Part shown: positions 19,004 through 29,117 of the stretch, piece after piece
Layout: each line of letters starts with the position of its first letter
Position numbering within the stretch: the first letter of the stretch is position 1
Virus record (IMG/VR): IMGVR_UViG_3300034152_001291
Coordinates: 60,704-124,703 of that record
Length of the DNA stretch: 64,000 nt
Strand: one strand, 5' to 3'
Source: a virus
Translations under genes and position numbers: made by a program
Notes under the pieces: generated by a model
The model's database searches: none
Seen by the model: only the letters and a program-made list of their open reading frames with translations
What the model was told of the DNA's origin: nothing

Positions 19004-19422
19004 GCGAACCTCGCTTCTACGGCTGGGTCGTGCGCCAGGTTCTCCCCGCTCTTCAAGGGCTCGATTCTCCAGCCGCTGAAGATTCCTTTCTCGACGGACT
19101 TGTTCAGTTCCTTGACAGCGGTCCGGATCACGGCCTCGGCCGTCCTGGGCCTCTTCTCAGAGTCGTACACTCCTTCGATCAGGGAGAGACAGTCCGTGTG
19201 GATTATAAGGGATTGGGTCTTTTTCGGGGGACGAATACGTGCCTCCGATATCGCGAGATCGAGGCCGAAGAGCACGGCGCAAGCCTCCGCTTCGATACTC
19301 GATCTCGAGAGGGAGGAGGGGACCGTGCCCTCCGCGCGCTGGTAGATCTTCTTGTTCTTCAGGATCACCACCCCAACCCCGGACCGGTGCTTGGTGAACG
19401 CTGCATCCACATGGATGATCAT
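18976..19422 (-). CDS. RNase H-like protein (copy 1)
   Basis: IHVDAA..GVGVVI, SIEAEACA, IHTDCL, NLAH; start ATG 19422 overlaps previous stop. Confidence 0.75.
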   Translation of the reverse strand: MIIHVDAAFTKHRSGVGVVILKNKKIYQRAEGTVPSSLSRSSIEAEACAVLFGLDLAISEARIRPPKKTQSLIIHTDCLSLIEGVYDSEKRPRTAEAVIRTAVKELNKSVEKGIFSGWRIEPLKSGENLAHDPAVEARFAWTSRIRQR

Positions 19423-20762
19423 CCGCGGCTCGCCTCCAACGTGTAGAGCCACGCGAGGATGGCGCGGTTGACGTGAAGTCCCTGGGGACGCTTGTTCTCG
19501 AGGATGCGCTTGTGCGTCTCGTAGACGTCCTGGGTCACGCCCATCTTCTTGACCATCTCGGCGATCTTCTTGTTGACGGCCGGGCTCGACTTGATCGCCT
19601 GGGCCTGCTGGATCGCCTTCTCGGAGAGGTCCACCTGGTCGGTGCGCAGCGGGACGTACTCGCCCATCTTGATGCCTTCCCCGACGATGATGGGGAACTC
19701 GCGGACGTGCTTCACGCCCATCGTCTTCTTGGCATGCGCGACCGAGTTGGCCAGGCACATGAGCGGCTCCTTCTCGCCGTCCTTGTAGCCCTGGTAGATG
19801 AGGGAGGTGGGGGCGACGCCGATGCGCTCGGCGGTGATCTCGTCGGAGAGGGGGATGAACACGCAGACGACGGGGGCGGCGCGCTCCGCCACCTCCTTGA
19901 GGACCGTGAGGCCGCGCGACTTCCAGTACAAGTGGTCCTTCCCCTCGAGGGTGTTGGCGTAGTTGGACGCGAACTCGGTCAGAGCCTGGAGATACCACTC
20001 CCCGCGGGCGTCCGACTCGAGGGCCTTGGAGGCGACGTCCTCGAAGGTGTGGATGAGGTGCATCTCGTTCCCGGGGATCTTGAAGCTCACGCTCTTGAGC
20101 TTGTCCGGCATCTCCTTGGCGTCCTTGCCCTCCTTGTCCCTGAGCTGGCGTTCGAGGCTCTCCAGGGTCGTGTACCCCCGCGCCTTGGGATCGGCGATGC
20201 ACTTCCCGAGCCACAGGTCGATGGTGGACGCGTTGATGAGGTCCTTGGCGATCCCGCGCTTCACGATCTTCAGCTTCTCCCACGAGAGGCCGATCAGGCG
20301 CTTCACGTTCTTCACGCCGACCAGGATCAGCATCTCCCAGGTCTTGATCATCTCGAAGGCGCGGGTGTGGCTGATCCCGATCTGCTCCCGGAAGTAGTCC
20401 TTGGGATCGAATCCGTGGGAGACCGGGATGTTCTTCTTCTCGATGGCGTAGAGGGTCGCCGCCAGCTCCGCGTCGTTCTGGGAGCGGTCTCGCACGAGCT
20501 TGATCGCCTTCTCCTCGAGGTCCATCGAGGACAGGGTCATGGGGTCCTTGAAGGCCTTGATGCCGACGTCGATGCCCAGCTCCGTGATCAGGGACTCGGA
20601 GTCGGACATGGGGGTGGTCTCGATTTCGACCTTCTCCGGTTTGGCCGGTTTCTTCGCCGGTTTCTTCGCCGGTTTCTTCGCCGGTTTCTTCGCTGCCTTT
20701 TTCGAGGCCTTCTTCTTTGACGTCTTCTTCGAGGGCTTCTTTGGCGTCTTCTTTCCCTTCAT
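19419..20762 (-). CDS. DNA-binding protein with histone H1-like (KKPA)n N-terminus
   Basis: MKGKKTPKKPSKK...KKPAKKPAKKPA followed by helical domain; strong codon bias. Confidence 0.65.
   Translation of the reverse strand: MKGKKTPKKPSKKTSKKKASKKAAKKPAKKPAKKPAKKPAKPEKVEIETTPMSDSESLITELGIDVGIKAFKDPMTLSSMDLEEKAIKLVRDRSQNDAELAATLYAIEKKNIPVSHGFDPKDYFREQIGISHTRAFEMIKTWEMLILVGVKNVKRLIGLSWEKLKIVKRGIAKDLINASTIDLWLGKCIADPKARGYTTLESLERQLRDKEGKDAKEMPDKLKSVSFKIPGNEMHLIHTFEDVASKALESDARGEWYLQALTEFASNYANTLEGKDHLYWKSRGLTVLKEVAERAAPVVCVFIPLSDEITAERIGVAPTSLIYQGYKDGEKEPLMCLANSVAHAKKTMGVKHVREFPIIVGEGIKMGEYVPLRTDQVDLSEKAIQQAQAIKSSPAVNKKIAEMVKKMGVTQDVYETHKRILENKRPQGLHVNRAILAWLYTLEASRG
20645..20692. repeat. 12-bp tandem repeat (GCCGGTTTCTTC) x4, encoding KKPA
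   Basis: Directly visible. Confidence 0.85.
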
Positions 20763-21652
20763 TTCTTCCTTCCTCCACGCTTCTTGGGGAAGCACAGATC
20801 CCGTCCGCCGCAGGTCGGTGCTTTCCCGCTGTTCCGTGACTTGCAGATCCCAGGCGCCAGCATGGGATTCCCGCCGGTCGCTTCCATGATCGAGGCCAGA
20901 ATGGCGGTGTTCTGGGTTACCAGGGTTATGCCCCCATCCGTTGCCTTCCGGATGAAGGGCTTGAAGTCCCACGACCCTCGGTCGATGTACCCCACCAGGA
21001 TTCTTTTGATGCCCCAGATCCAGGAGTAGATCTCAGCCTGATGAACATCTCTCGGGCGCGCTTTCTTGGTCTCTTCCCAGAGATTCGTCTTCATGGACTT
21101 CAGCTCGAGGAGAGTATCCTCGGAGAGTAGGAGCACGCCGTCGGAATATCCTACCAGGGGTATGCCGTTGATCTCCATCTCCAAGCGAACTTCCTTGAAC
21201 TTCCACTCGGCCTTGAGATCGTTGCAGGTCTTGACCTCTGGTTCCCAGGTTTTCAGACCCTCTTCGGGTACGAGAGAGTGCTCCGTCATGCAGGGTTCGG
21301 TCGGCATCGTCCCGCGGACGATCCTCTTGCAGCAGGAGCACTCCCAGTCTCCGTGGAGGATGCCCATGGGGCCGAAGTATCGGTTTTGCCACCATTCATG
21401 GCACGCCGTCCCCGCGTTGAACATCTTCTGGCTTTTGGGAGGGCCCATCGGATCGGTGAGACTGTCCTTGAGCTTGAACATCATCCTTCTGTAGCAGGGG
21501 TAGAGGAGGTCGCTGACCGAGACGCGCTTGCTCGATCTGCGGTTGGTTCTTCCCGAGAGGAAAGACGAGAGAAGCTTGGTGACTTCCTTGTCCGTCTCGT
21601 CGAACAGGATGCTTCGATTGAAGTTTCCCAGTAACTCTGCCAGAGCATTCAT
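20759..21652 (-). CDS. Cas4-like PD-(D/E)xK exonuclease
   Basis: SVSDL..C, GTACH, GYSDG..LELKS, QAEIY, C-terminal Cys cluster. Confidence 0.75.
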   Translation of the reverse strand: MNALAELLGNFNRSILFDETDKEVTKLLSSFLSGRTNRRSSKRVSVSDLLYPCYRRMMFKLKDSLTDPMGPPKSQKMFNAGTACHEWWQNRYFGPMGILHGDWECSCCKRIVRGTMPTEPCMTEHSLVPEEGLKTWEPEVKTCNDLKAEWKFKEVRLEMEINGIPLVGYSDGVLLLSEDTLLELKSMKTNLWEETKKARPRDVHQAEIYSWIWGIKRILVGYIDRGSWDFKPFIRKATDGGITLVTQNTAILASIMEATGGNPMLAPGICKSRNSGKAPTCGGRDLCFPKKRGGRKK

Positions 21653-21870
21653 GCAGGTTCCCCTTCCTTCAGGCGATCGCCCAGTTCGAGGAGGCTCATC
21701 CTGGGCAAGGCCTCCTTGGGAATTTCGGTGTCAGGCTTGCCGGGCCTTTTCACAGTCACTTTTTCTTCACCGATCGTGATCCTTCCGAGATCGGTATCGG
21801 CGAAGAAGGCGGCCAGCAGAAACATCTGATGGATCTCGGTGTCGCTCATCCGGGCTGGCTCTCGGTCCAT
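21649..21870 (-). CDS. Small hypothetical protein
   Basis: Fills operon gap with overlapping ends. Confidence 0.5.
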   Translation of the reverse strand: MDREPARMSDTEIHQMFLLAAFFADTDLGRITIGEEKVTVKRPGKPDTEIPKEALPRMSLLELGDRLKEGEPA

Positions 21871-22463
21871 TCTCTTATCCTTCTGAACAAATCGACATAC
21901 TTGATTCGGAGGTCCCGGTCTCCTTGACGGTACCCGAGGTATTGGGGGTGGTAAGTGATGACGGAGGGGATGATTTCTCCGCTCAATGTGGTGTAGGGGA
22001 TCTGGCGCCCGAACCAGGGACTGAAGGGCCTGGCTTCGACGCCGAAGAGCCCGAAGAGCGGAACCCGCCCCAGGACAATGATGATTCTCGGCCTGATGAT
22101 GTCGATCTGCCTGTGCAGGAATGGAAGACAGTTCTGGATCTCGACCGGGTCGGGTGCCCTATTTCCCGACGGGGGCGTGAGTTCCTTCGGCGGGTGGCAT
22201 TTCACGCAGTTCGTTATGAAGATGGTCCGGCGATCGATCCCGGCTTCGGAGAGGCATGACGTCAGCGTGACGCCGGCGCGGCCAATGAAGGGGTGGCCGG
22301 AGGCGTCCTCGCCCTCTCCAGGAGCCTCTCCCACGGCCACGATCCGGGCTTTTGCGTTGCCGTCTCCGAATACCTTGTTCCTGGCGTACTGCGAGATGGC
22401 GCACGAGTTGCAAGCCACCACCTCGGGCCACATCGCCAGGAGTCGTTGTTTTTCTTCGCTCAT
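21846..22463 (-). CDS. Uracil-DNA glycosylase family 4
   Basis: CNSC, GEAPGEGED..G.PFIGRAG, NCVKCHPP, NRAP, YHP. Confidence 0.9.
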   Translation of the reverse strand: MSEEKQRLLAMWPEVVACNSCAISQYARNKVFGDGNAKARIVAVGEAPGEGEDASGHPFIGRAGVTLTSCLSEAGIDRRTIFITNCVKCHPPKELTPPSGNRAPDPVEIQNCLPFLHRQIDIIRPRIIIVLGRVPLFGLFGVEARPFSPWFGRQIPYTTLSGEIIPSVITYHPQYLGYRQGDRDLRIKYVDLFRRIREWTESQPG

Positions 22464-22906
22464 CTCTCCTCGATCCAGTCCCCCAGAGGAACCGCCACGA
22501 AAACCCTCGAGGGCGTGAAGACCCCATTCTCCTCGAATCCGATGATGAAGAGCGGAGATCTTCCTGCCCTTTCGGCGTTCTGTACGAGCTTCTTCAGGGC
22601 GGACGACTTGACCTGCATGGATGCCTTGGAGGTGGCCTTCAGCTGGCAGAGAAAGTCGTCTCCGAGGATCAGGTCCTCCCTGTCGATCAGGCCTGACCCG
22701 GACCCCCTCTGAATCTCGGCGCCGAGGTAATTGGAGAGGAACCGCTCGAATGCGTTTCCCATCTCCCTGTTCTTCCTCGAGGTCTCACGACTCCTGTCCG
22801 ATGTTTCCCCAATCCGGGCCTTCTCCCTCGCCAGGATCTCCTCCTTCCGGTCCGCTCTCACTTTCGTCAACGGAAGTCGAATCCGCCTCTTCGATCTGTT
22901 CGACAT
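22460..22906 (-). CDS. Hjc-like PD-(D/E)xK nuclease / resolvase
   Basis: GNAFER...GSGS...D...QLKAT pattern. Confidence 0.6.
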   Translation of the reverse strand: MSNRSKRRIRLPLTKVRADRKEEILAREKARIGETSDRSRETSRKNREMGNAFERFLSNYLGAEIQRGSGSGLIDREDLILGDDFLCQLKATSKASMQVKSSALKKLVQNAERAGRSPLFIIGFEENGVFTPSRVFVAVPLGDWIEER

Positions 22907-24314
22907 AGGGATCGAGCCCCCAAGGTGAATAGTTGTAGTGTTCGAGCCTGAGATGATCTTTCGCGCTGGTCTGGAGCATCTCCCTGAAGATGAGGTACCT
23001 GGAGAGGTAGGCGATGTCGTCCCGCATGAGGAACTGCTTCATGTCCGAGACGCGGGAGAACTTCCGGCCCATGAGAACGTGGGATCCCTTCTCCTGCTTG
23101 TAGTGCCCGAGATCGTGGAGGTACGCGAACAGGCGGTCGTAGTCGTCGGTCTGCCCCGCGTGCATGAAGTCGTGCCGGGTCTTGGTGGTGTCCAGGTAGA
23201 GGCGGAACTGCCCTTCTCCGAGAGGAGGTCCTCCTCCCTTGGACTTTCTTCCTTGGAACGTGACGTCCACGTAGCGGGCTGATCTGTCGTGCCCCACCCG
23301 GCTCTTCCTGGCGTCCATGTCGTACCGGGCACTCGTGATTCTCATTTCGTAGTCGGCCGTGTACTTCGCCTTGAGCCCCGCCGAGAGCCTGTTGGGGTTC
23401 TGCCTCGGGTTCTTCGTCGGGCCCTGGTAGAACTGGTTTGTCCAGATCGTGGTGGCTCTCGCGTTGAAGGACTGGCGGGCGATGATCTGGGCATTCACGA
23501 TTCGGCGGAGCCCGTCGGAGGCAAGCCGCGCCAGGGGCGAGATCCGGCCCTCGCCCGTCCCTGTCTCGGTGGACTCCCTCGGCATCAGCATGGCCAGGGA
23601 GTCGAAGATCACCACGTCGACCGCGTTGCACTTGATGGCGTCAACGGCGAAATCGAACGCGAAGTTCCCGTCGCTCGGGAGGCAGACCCAGAAGGACTCG
23701 TCCTTGCTCTTCATGATCTCGAAGCCCTGCCTCTTGATCTTCTTGTCCTCCACGCGGACTCCCCATCTCCTGGCCCACGGAGGATCGAAGGAGTCCTCGA
23801 CATCCAGGTGCAGAACGACCATCGGCTGGCACTTTCCACACTTGCAGGCAGCCTTGATCTCCCCCGTTTCCTCGTTGGTCCAGTTGATGATGGGGAGGAA
23901 GCAGTGGCGGCAGGTTCTCTGCGCTGCGCCGGCGATGATGTGGCAGAGAACCGTCTTACCCACGGACTCATCGCCACTGATGCAGATCCTCTTTCCGAAG
24001 GCGAGCTTCATGACGAAGTCCACTTCGAAGATCGAGGTGTAGATCCTGTTCATCGAGAAGACGTCGAAATCTTCGGAGCCGACCAGGAAGTTGTCCCCGT
24101 ATGTTGCCTGGTACTTCTTGGCGAGTTCCGACATCTCCATCCGCACGACGGTCTTGGGAGCCTCCTTCTTTCCCTTGAACTTCGAACAGGTCTCGGCGTG
24201 GTCGTACGTCCGGCCGGTCTTTTCGCCGCCGCACTCCGGGCATACCTTCTTCTTCGCCTTCTTTTTCTTGGAGGTCTTTGCCGCGGCCTTCTTGAGGGTC
24301 TTCTTTTTTGCCAC
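22785..24314 (-). CDS. recA: RecA/UvsX-like recombinase with Cys-rich inserts
   Basis: Walker A GDESVGKT, LDVEDSFDP.WA, VIFDSLAML, TNQ. Confidence 0.85.
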   Translation of the reverse strand: MAKKKTLKKAAAKTSKKKKAKKKVCPECGGEKTGRTYDHAETCSKFKGKKEAPKTVVRMEMSELAKKYQATYGDNFLVGSEDFDVFSMNRIYTSIFEVDFVMKLAFGKRICISGDESVGKTVLCHIIAGAAQRTCRHCFLPIINWTNEETGEIKAACKCGKCQPMVVLHLDVEDSFDPPWARRWGVRVEDKKIKRQGFEIMKSKDESFWVCLPSDGNFAFDFAVDAIKCNAVDVVIFDSLAMLMPRESTETGTGEGRISPLARLASDGLRRIVNAQIIARQSFNARATTIWTNQFYQGPTKNPRQNPNRLSAGLKAKYTADYEMRITSARYDMDARKSRVGHDRSARYVDVTFQGRKSKGGGPPLGEGQFRLYLDTTKTRHDFMHAGQTDDYDRLFAYLHDLGHYKQEKGSHVLMGRKFSRVSDMKQFLMRDDIAYLSRYLIFREMLQTSAKDHLRLEHYNYSPWGLDPYVEQIEEADSTSVDESESGPEGGDPGEGEGPDWGNIGQES

Positions 24315-24380
24315 GTCTTCTCTCCCAGACCGGTTACGACGGGCCCAAGCAGGGCTTGGACCCGTCGCTCCGGACCAACG

Positions 24381-24890
24381 CTACGACTGGGTAAATCCCG
24401 GAGGGGTCGTCGGCGGGACCTGTCCCTGCTGTCCCTGCTGTCCCTGCTGTCCCTGCTGGGGCTGCCCCTGGCCGTACTGCTGCTGTCCGAACTGGGGGCG
24501 GCCTCCCTGGGGGCCAAACTGCGGGCCGCCCGCGGGGGTCGCCGGCGCGGGCCCGAAGTTCTGGCCCTGCGGCGGCTGGGGCTGCGTGGCCTGCTGCCCC
24601 CACGGGGCGGGCCAGCCGGATCCCTGGACGATCTGGTTCATGGTCGTCTGGATCTTCTGGACGATCCTGGGCATGAGGTCGTCGACCGCCTTCTCGAAGT
24701 CCTTTCCCGCGTAGATCGGGATGTCGAACCCGACTTCCAGACTCGAGTAGTCGCCGAACACGTTGGCGAGCTTCTCGTTGATCCGGAAGTACATGGGCAT
24801 CGCGAAGGGCGCCGACACCGGGGGAGCCTCCTGTTTCTTCTCCGTCGTTTTCTTCTTGCCTGCCGATTTCTTCGCCATCACTTCCTCCAT
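24381..24890 (-). CDS. Hypothetical protein with Gln/Gly/Pro-rich tail
   Basis: Likely start MEEVMAKK; C-terminal QQG repeats. Confidence 0.6.
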   Translation of the reverse strand: MEEVMAKKSAGKKKTTEKKQEAPPVSAPFAMPMYFRINEKLANVFGDYSSLEVGFDIPIYAGKDFEKAVDDLMPRIVQKIQTTMNQIVQGSGWPAPWGQQATQPQPPQGQNFGPAPATPAGGPQFGPQGGRPQFGQQQYGQGQPQQGQQGQQGQQGQVPPTTPPGFTQS

Positions 24891-24930
24891 GTCGATTTCC
24901 TGTTCGAAAAGGACGCGCTCCCGAATGACT

Positions 24931-26514
24931 TCATCGGGACGTCCCCGAACATGCTTGACGAACCTGAGCGATCCAACGAGCGGCATCGCCAGGGTCGCAC
25001 TGGACGATTTCATAGCCTCTGCTCCTATAGAACTTGACGTGGTTCTGGTGCTGGTGAACGAAGGTCTCCGTGCCCCGAATGATCGGATCGATGAGGATGG
25101 GACGGGACTTTCCCTCGACGTACCGCTCGATCCTGCCCCCGACCTGCTCCACCCTGTTGATGGGCATGCAGAACAGCGCCGCGTCCTTGTGCGGGGCGTT
25201 TATCGCATGCTCGGTGTTCTTGTAGGTCGTGAAGGTCATCTGCTTGGCGAGGCACGATGTCTTTTCCATCCCTCCAAAGAACAGGGAAGTCATCTCCTCC
25301 GGGATGCCCCGTCGCACGGACTCGTTTCGCAGGTCCTCCAGGTGGGCCTTGAACTTGGAGAAGATGAGAGCCTGGCGGCCATTCTCGTACAAGGCCCTGA
25401 TCAGGTAGAGCAGGCCCTCCCGGTAGAGAGGGTCCTCGACGAGGGCGTGCCACATGTCGTTGTAGTGGATCGAGTTTCCGGTTCCTTGCCACTCGCATTT
25501 CCCGTCGAGGGCGCAGAAGTCCCTGCATCGGGACTTGGTCATCGTCTTGTAGAGGTTCTGGCAAAAGAAGATCTTGTGATCCTCCTCGCTGATCCTGGCT
25601 TGGAGAGGAGTGTCCACCAAGAGGACGAAGGGGCTCATCCGTCTTCCTTCCACCTCGACGACGTTGGGTCCGAGCGTGTACTTGAAGATCCAGGAGAGCC
25701 TGTCGGGACGCTCGTCGGTCGCGGTGAGCCCGACCGAGTAGGAGAAGCAGAAATTGAAGATGCTTCTGATGAAGCTGTTGGCCGAGAATTTGTGGGCCTC
25801 GTCCACCACCAGGAGCCCGCACTCCACCGGGTTCGCCGGGTTCAGGTGCTTGAAGGCCGTCTGAGCCATGACAATGACGATGTTGCCTGAGAAGTCGACG
25901 TTGGACGGGGCCTCCCCTTCGATGCCGATTTTCTTTCTGATCCTGTTTTGGGTCGCCTTTGGCATCACGAACGAGATACGCGCCTGGGGAAGGAACCGCG
26001 TGATCTCCTCGGCCCACTGCTCCGCTACGTGGTTCTGGTCCACCAGGACGACCGACCGTCTCGATCCGAGTCTGGCAAGGAGATAGACGCCGATCACGGT
26101 TTTTCCGGAGCCGCACTTCCCACGGATGATCGCTCCCCTCCATTTCCGGAGCATCTCTACCGCGGCGTTCACGCCGGGAATCTGCTCGTCCCTGAGGCTT
26201 CCCTTGAACTCGATGGGCCTGTCGAGGTCGAGGCCCCGGAAGCAGACGGAGTCCGTCTCGTTCCTGATCTTGGTTTTGTTCCTGAGGTAGAGGTACTTGG
26301 GGACCAGACACCGGGTCTCGTCGAGGCTGTAGAAGACGGGAAAGGTCGTGGCCTTGCCGGGGGCCCGCTTGGATCGTCTTGGCTTGGCCACGAAGTGATC
26401 CATCCTCTGCTCGATACGTTTCCGAGGTACCTCGGCAAGGCCCCGGAATACGATCACTTGGTCAGGAGGGAGAGGATCGGAATTATCCCAGAGGGTTTTC
26501 TGTCTTTGACCCAT
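24931..26514 (-). CDS. SF2 DNA helicase (UvsW/ResIII-like)
   Basis: LRDEQ, GSGKT, DEAH, GLTAT, QVGGRIER. Confidence 0.88.
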   Translation of the reverse strand: MGQRQKTLWDNSDPLPPDQVIVFRGLAEVPRKRIEQRMDHFVAKPRRSKRAPGKATTFPVFYSLDETRCLVPKYLYLRNKTKIRNETDSVCFRGLDLDRPIEFKGSLRDEQIPGVNAAVEMLRKWRGAIIRGKCGSGKTVIGVYLLARLGSRRSVVLVDQNHVAEQWAEEITRFLPQARISFVMPKATQNRIRKKIGIEGEAPSNVDFSGNIVIVMAQTAFKHLNPANPVECGLLVVDEAHKFSANSFIRSIFNFCFSYSVGLTATDERPDRLSWIFKYTLGPNVVEVEGRRMSPFVLLVDTPLQARISEEDHKIFFCQNLYKTMTKSRCRDFCALDGKCEWQGTGNSIHYNDMWHALVEDPLYREGLLYLIRALYENGRQALIFSKFKAHLEDLRNESVRRGIPEEMTSLFFGGMEKTSCLAKQMTFTTYKNTEHAINAPHKDAALFCMPINRVEQVGGRIERYVEGKSRPILIDPIIRGTETFVHQHQNHVKFYRSRGYEIVQCDPGDAARWIAQVRQACSGTSR

Positions 26515-27152
26515 CTATTCATTTCCTGAACGGCTCTGATCAACCAGTCCTCGATTGTGGTCCCGGACTCCGGAGGGATCGTATCGTTGAACTCGGGGTG
26601 TTGATTTCCGAATCGGAGAACCTGACGGATTCCCTCGTTGGCCATCTCAGGGATCGGAGCAGGAGTCCTGTGCTTGAAGGGACGGCACACCTGGTAAGCG
26701 CCGACTCGACAGAAGATGGGGCGGCTTTTGTAGACGAGGCAGTGTCCCAGGAAAAAGGGACACCATTCGTTCTCTTCGGTCCACTCGAACTGGAAGAGGT
26801 CCGATTTCGGGGGATGGGCCCACGGCACGCCGTAGTCCCCGCAGAACCTCTTCCACTTCTCGAGCAAAGCGGCCGCCCGGTCCTCCACATGCTCGCGGAC
26901 CGGCCTGACCATCTTGGCGATCTCGTTTTCGAGGATGATCTTCTCGATCGGAGCGTAGAGGATGGGCATGCGCTTGCAGCAGTCCACGCACAGGCCACAA
27001 GAGTAGCCCATGCCCGCCAGGTCGTTCCGGCGCCAGTCCTCCGCCGTGGAGACGGCCGACAAGAACTCCTTGCGAATCTTGCTGAGGCGCTTGCCGGCGA
27101 TGTATTTGTACATCTTCTGGAGGGCGCGCGTCGTTTTCTTGATGTCGCTCAT
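26454..27152 (-). CDS. YkgJ-family Zn/Fe-chelating cysteine cluster protein
   Basis: CGLCVDCC...CPFFLGHCLVYKSRPIFCR. Confidence 0.75.
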   Translation of the reverse strand: MSDIKKTTRALQKMYKYIAGKRLSKIRKEFLSAVSTAEDWRRNDLAGMGYSCGLCVDCCKRMPILYAPIEKIILENEIAKMVRPVREHVEDRAAALLEKWKRFCGDYGVPWAHPPKSDLFQFEWTEENEWCPFFLGHCLVYKSRPIFCRVGAYQVCRPFKHRTPAPIPEMANEGIRQVLRFGNQHPEFNDTIPPESGTTIEDWLIRAVQEMNRWVKDRKPSGIIPILSLLTK

Positions 27153-27406
27153 CCGATCTCCGGGAAGTAGACGTGGCAGTAGGTCGACTTCCTTCGAAGG
27201 TTCTCGATGAATTCCTTCGTCTTTTTGTCGTCCTCGGCCGCCTCCAGGAAGTGGAAGTCGTCGCAGTTTCGGGCGAATACGACGCCCTCAGGAAGATTCC
27301 CTTCGTCGTGGTACAGGAGGCCCTCGTCGCTCGCGATGGCTTCGGCCTCCTCGAGTGTCATGAGGCGCGTCTGGACGGATGTTACCCGCACCGTTTTCTT
27401 GGCCAT
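27149..27406 (-). CDS. Hypothetical protein
   Basis: GGAGG SD, overlap with next gene. Confidence 0.6.
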   Translation of the reverse strand: MAKKTVRVTSVQTRLMTLEEAEAIASDEGLLYHDEGNLPEGVVFARNCDDFHFLEAAEDDKKTKEFIENLRRKSTYCHVYFPEIG

Positions 27407-27469
27407 TTCAGTCCTCCCCTGACGACCCTCCCGAGGAGCATGGGGGCTCCCCGGGAGGGCGGGTTCTTC

Positions 27470-28702
27470 TCACTTCACTTCCACGTCGATGGTTTTGGCG
27501 AAGTCCCTCTGCGCCATCCGCAGGAGGTTCGAGCCGATCTCCTGAAGACCGACGGCCCTCTCGAAGTCGGTTTCCGCGACCTCGCGGCCCTCGGCGGTGA
27601 ACGCCTGTGCCAGCGCGAACCGGCTGTTGCCGACCTCGTCCGCCTCCTTCACGAACCGGTCCAGGATGCTGGTCCCCGTCGATTCGGGGAGGGAGAACTT
27701 CTTCGAGACGTTCTCGATGGTGAAGCGGGGGTTTTCCACCGGGTAGCCCGCGTTCTCGGAGAAGATCTCGACGACCTTGTCGAACTCGTCCTTGACCATC
27801 GTCGCCCTGACGACGTCTCGGAGACGCGCGAACAGGGACTCGTTCATCTTCCTGATCGTGCTCTCGGACAGGACCGTCAGGTCCGAGTAGTCGGCGCCGA
27901 TGTGGATCTGCCTCAGCTCTTCGGTACTGACCAGCAGGTTGGAGCAGGAGTAGACCATGAGGAGGGGGCAGGCGACCAGCGTGGAGAGCCCCACGTCCGA
28001 ACCCTTCAGACGCAGCCCGGCCCCGCAGGGGACACGGATCATCTTGTGCCCCCGTCCCTTCTCGGGGAAGGTGATTTCGGAGCGGACATCCGTCATGATG
28101 TCGAGGAACATCGTCCGGTCGGACAGAGCGCCCGAGACCGTCAGGTTGTTCCCGGTCTTCGCGGCTTCGTCCAGGCCCACGCTCGCCACGTCGTGGTTGT
28201 CGATGATCCTGTACGAGCTCGAGAGGATCGCCCGCATGACACCGCCGTCTCCGTTGGTCGGAAGGAAGTTCCGGATCAGCTGGCGATGGATGTTCGGATC
28301 CACCTTCTTCTTCCTCTGACGGGCCGTTCCGGTCCGGTTGAGGATGTCCGCGTCGTGCCACCAGGTGTTGAAGATGTCGGCCGCGAGCGCGGGATAGCGC
28401 GCCGCGGTCCGCCGGAAGTCATCCAGGTGGACCTTCGTCAGGCTGGCGGCCTGCGAGAGTCCGACCCCGGTGGGGCGGAAGGGATCGCCCTGCCCCGACA
28501 CCTTGAAGCCGAATCGGGGGCCGTCCCCCGTCTCGACCACGGCCGCCTCGAAGTCGCGGCGCCTGAGGATCAGGTCGAGGCGGGCCCGGCTCCTCTTGAC
28601 GAGGGTTCCGGCCAGGTCCTCCGCGTTCAGGATCCTGTTGGACCGGTTGCCGTAGGGCTGGACGACCGCGTCGTCCAGGTTGATTCCGTTGGTCTGGACC
28701 AT
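27470..28702 (-). CDS. DUF932-like phage/plasmid protein
   Basis: RAILSSSYRIIDN..., SDVG..., CSNLL pattern; strong codon bias. Confidence 0.6.
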   Translation of the reverse strand: MVQTNGINLDDAVVQPYGNRSNRILNAEDLAGTLVKRSRARLDLILRRRDFEAAVVETGDGPRFGFKVSGQGDPFRPTGVGLSQAASLTKVHLDDFRRTAARYPALAADIFNTWWHDADILNRTGTARQRKKKVDPNIHRQLIRNFLPTNGDGGVMRAILSSSYRIIDNHDVASVGLDEAAKTGNNLTVSGALSDRTMFLDIMTDVRSEITFPEKGRGHKMIRVPCGAGLRLKGSDVGLSTLVACPLLMVYSCSNLLVSTEELRQIHIGADYSDLTVLSESTIRKMNESLFARLRDVVRATMVKDEFDKVVEIFSENAGYPVENPRFTIENVSKKFSLPESTGTSILDRFVKEADEVGNSRFALAQAFTAEGREVAETDFERAVGLQEIGSNLLRMAQRDFAKTIDVEVK

Positions 28703-28706
28703 GTGC

Positions 28707-29117
28707 TCACTCCTTCTTGTTCATCTTCCCGTCCAGGGTGTCCCGGAGGACTTGGCCGAGACGATTCAGAACTGACCTCATCATGATCTTGTCTTTTCCC
28801 AGCACGATCCTCAGGAACGGGAAATCGTACTTCAGGCAGCGCCAGGTCACGCCGGCGTCTCCGTCTTCAGGGGTGAAGACGACGTCATCCATGGAGAGAT
28901 GAGGGGCGAACCGGTCGAGGACGAGGGATAGATCTTCGAGAAGAGGTTCTACGTCGTACCACATTGTGGATTGTGTAGGCTTCGGGCGCTTGTCATCGAT
29001 CTTCTCGAATCTCGAGAGGCCGATATTCCTCTGGTAGCGGAACGTGTTGATGGTCACGCTTCCGCCGGTCTGGATGTGGGCCCCGCACAGAGCCAGGAAG
29101 AGATCCTTCTCCATCAT
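28707..29117 (-). CDS. Hypothetical protein
   Basis: Coupled to polA stop. Confidence 0.55.
   Translation of the reverse strand: MMEKDLFLALCGAHIQTGGSVTINTFRYQRNIGLSRFEKIDDKRPKPTQSTMWYDVEPLLEDLSLVLDRFAPHLSMDDVVFTPEDGDAGVTWRCLKYDFPFLRIVLGKDKIMMRSVLNRLGQVLRDTLDGKMNKKE

Noticed and set aside
20759-21652. CRISPR-Cas locus
   Set aside because: The Cas4-like nuclease is solo; no repeat-spacer array or other cas genes seen in the window.
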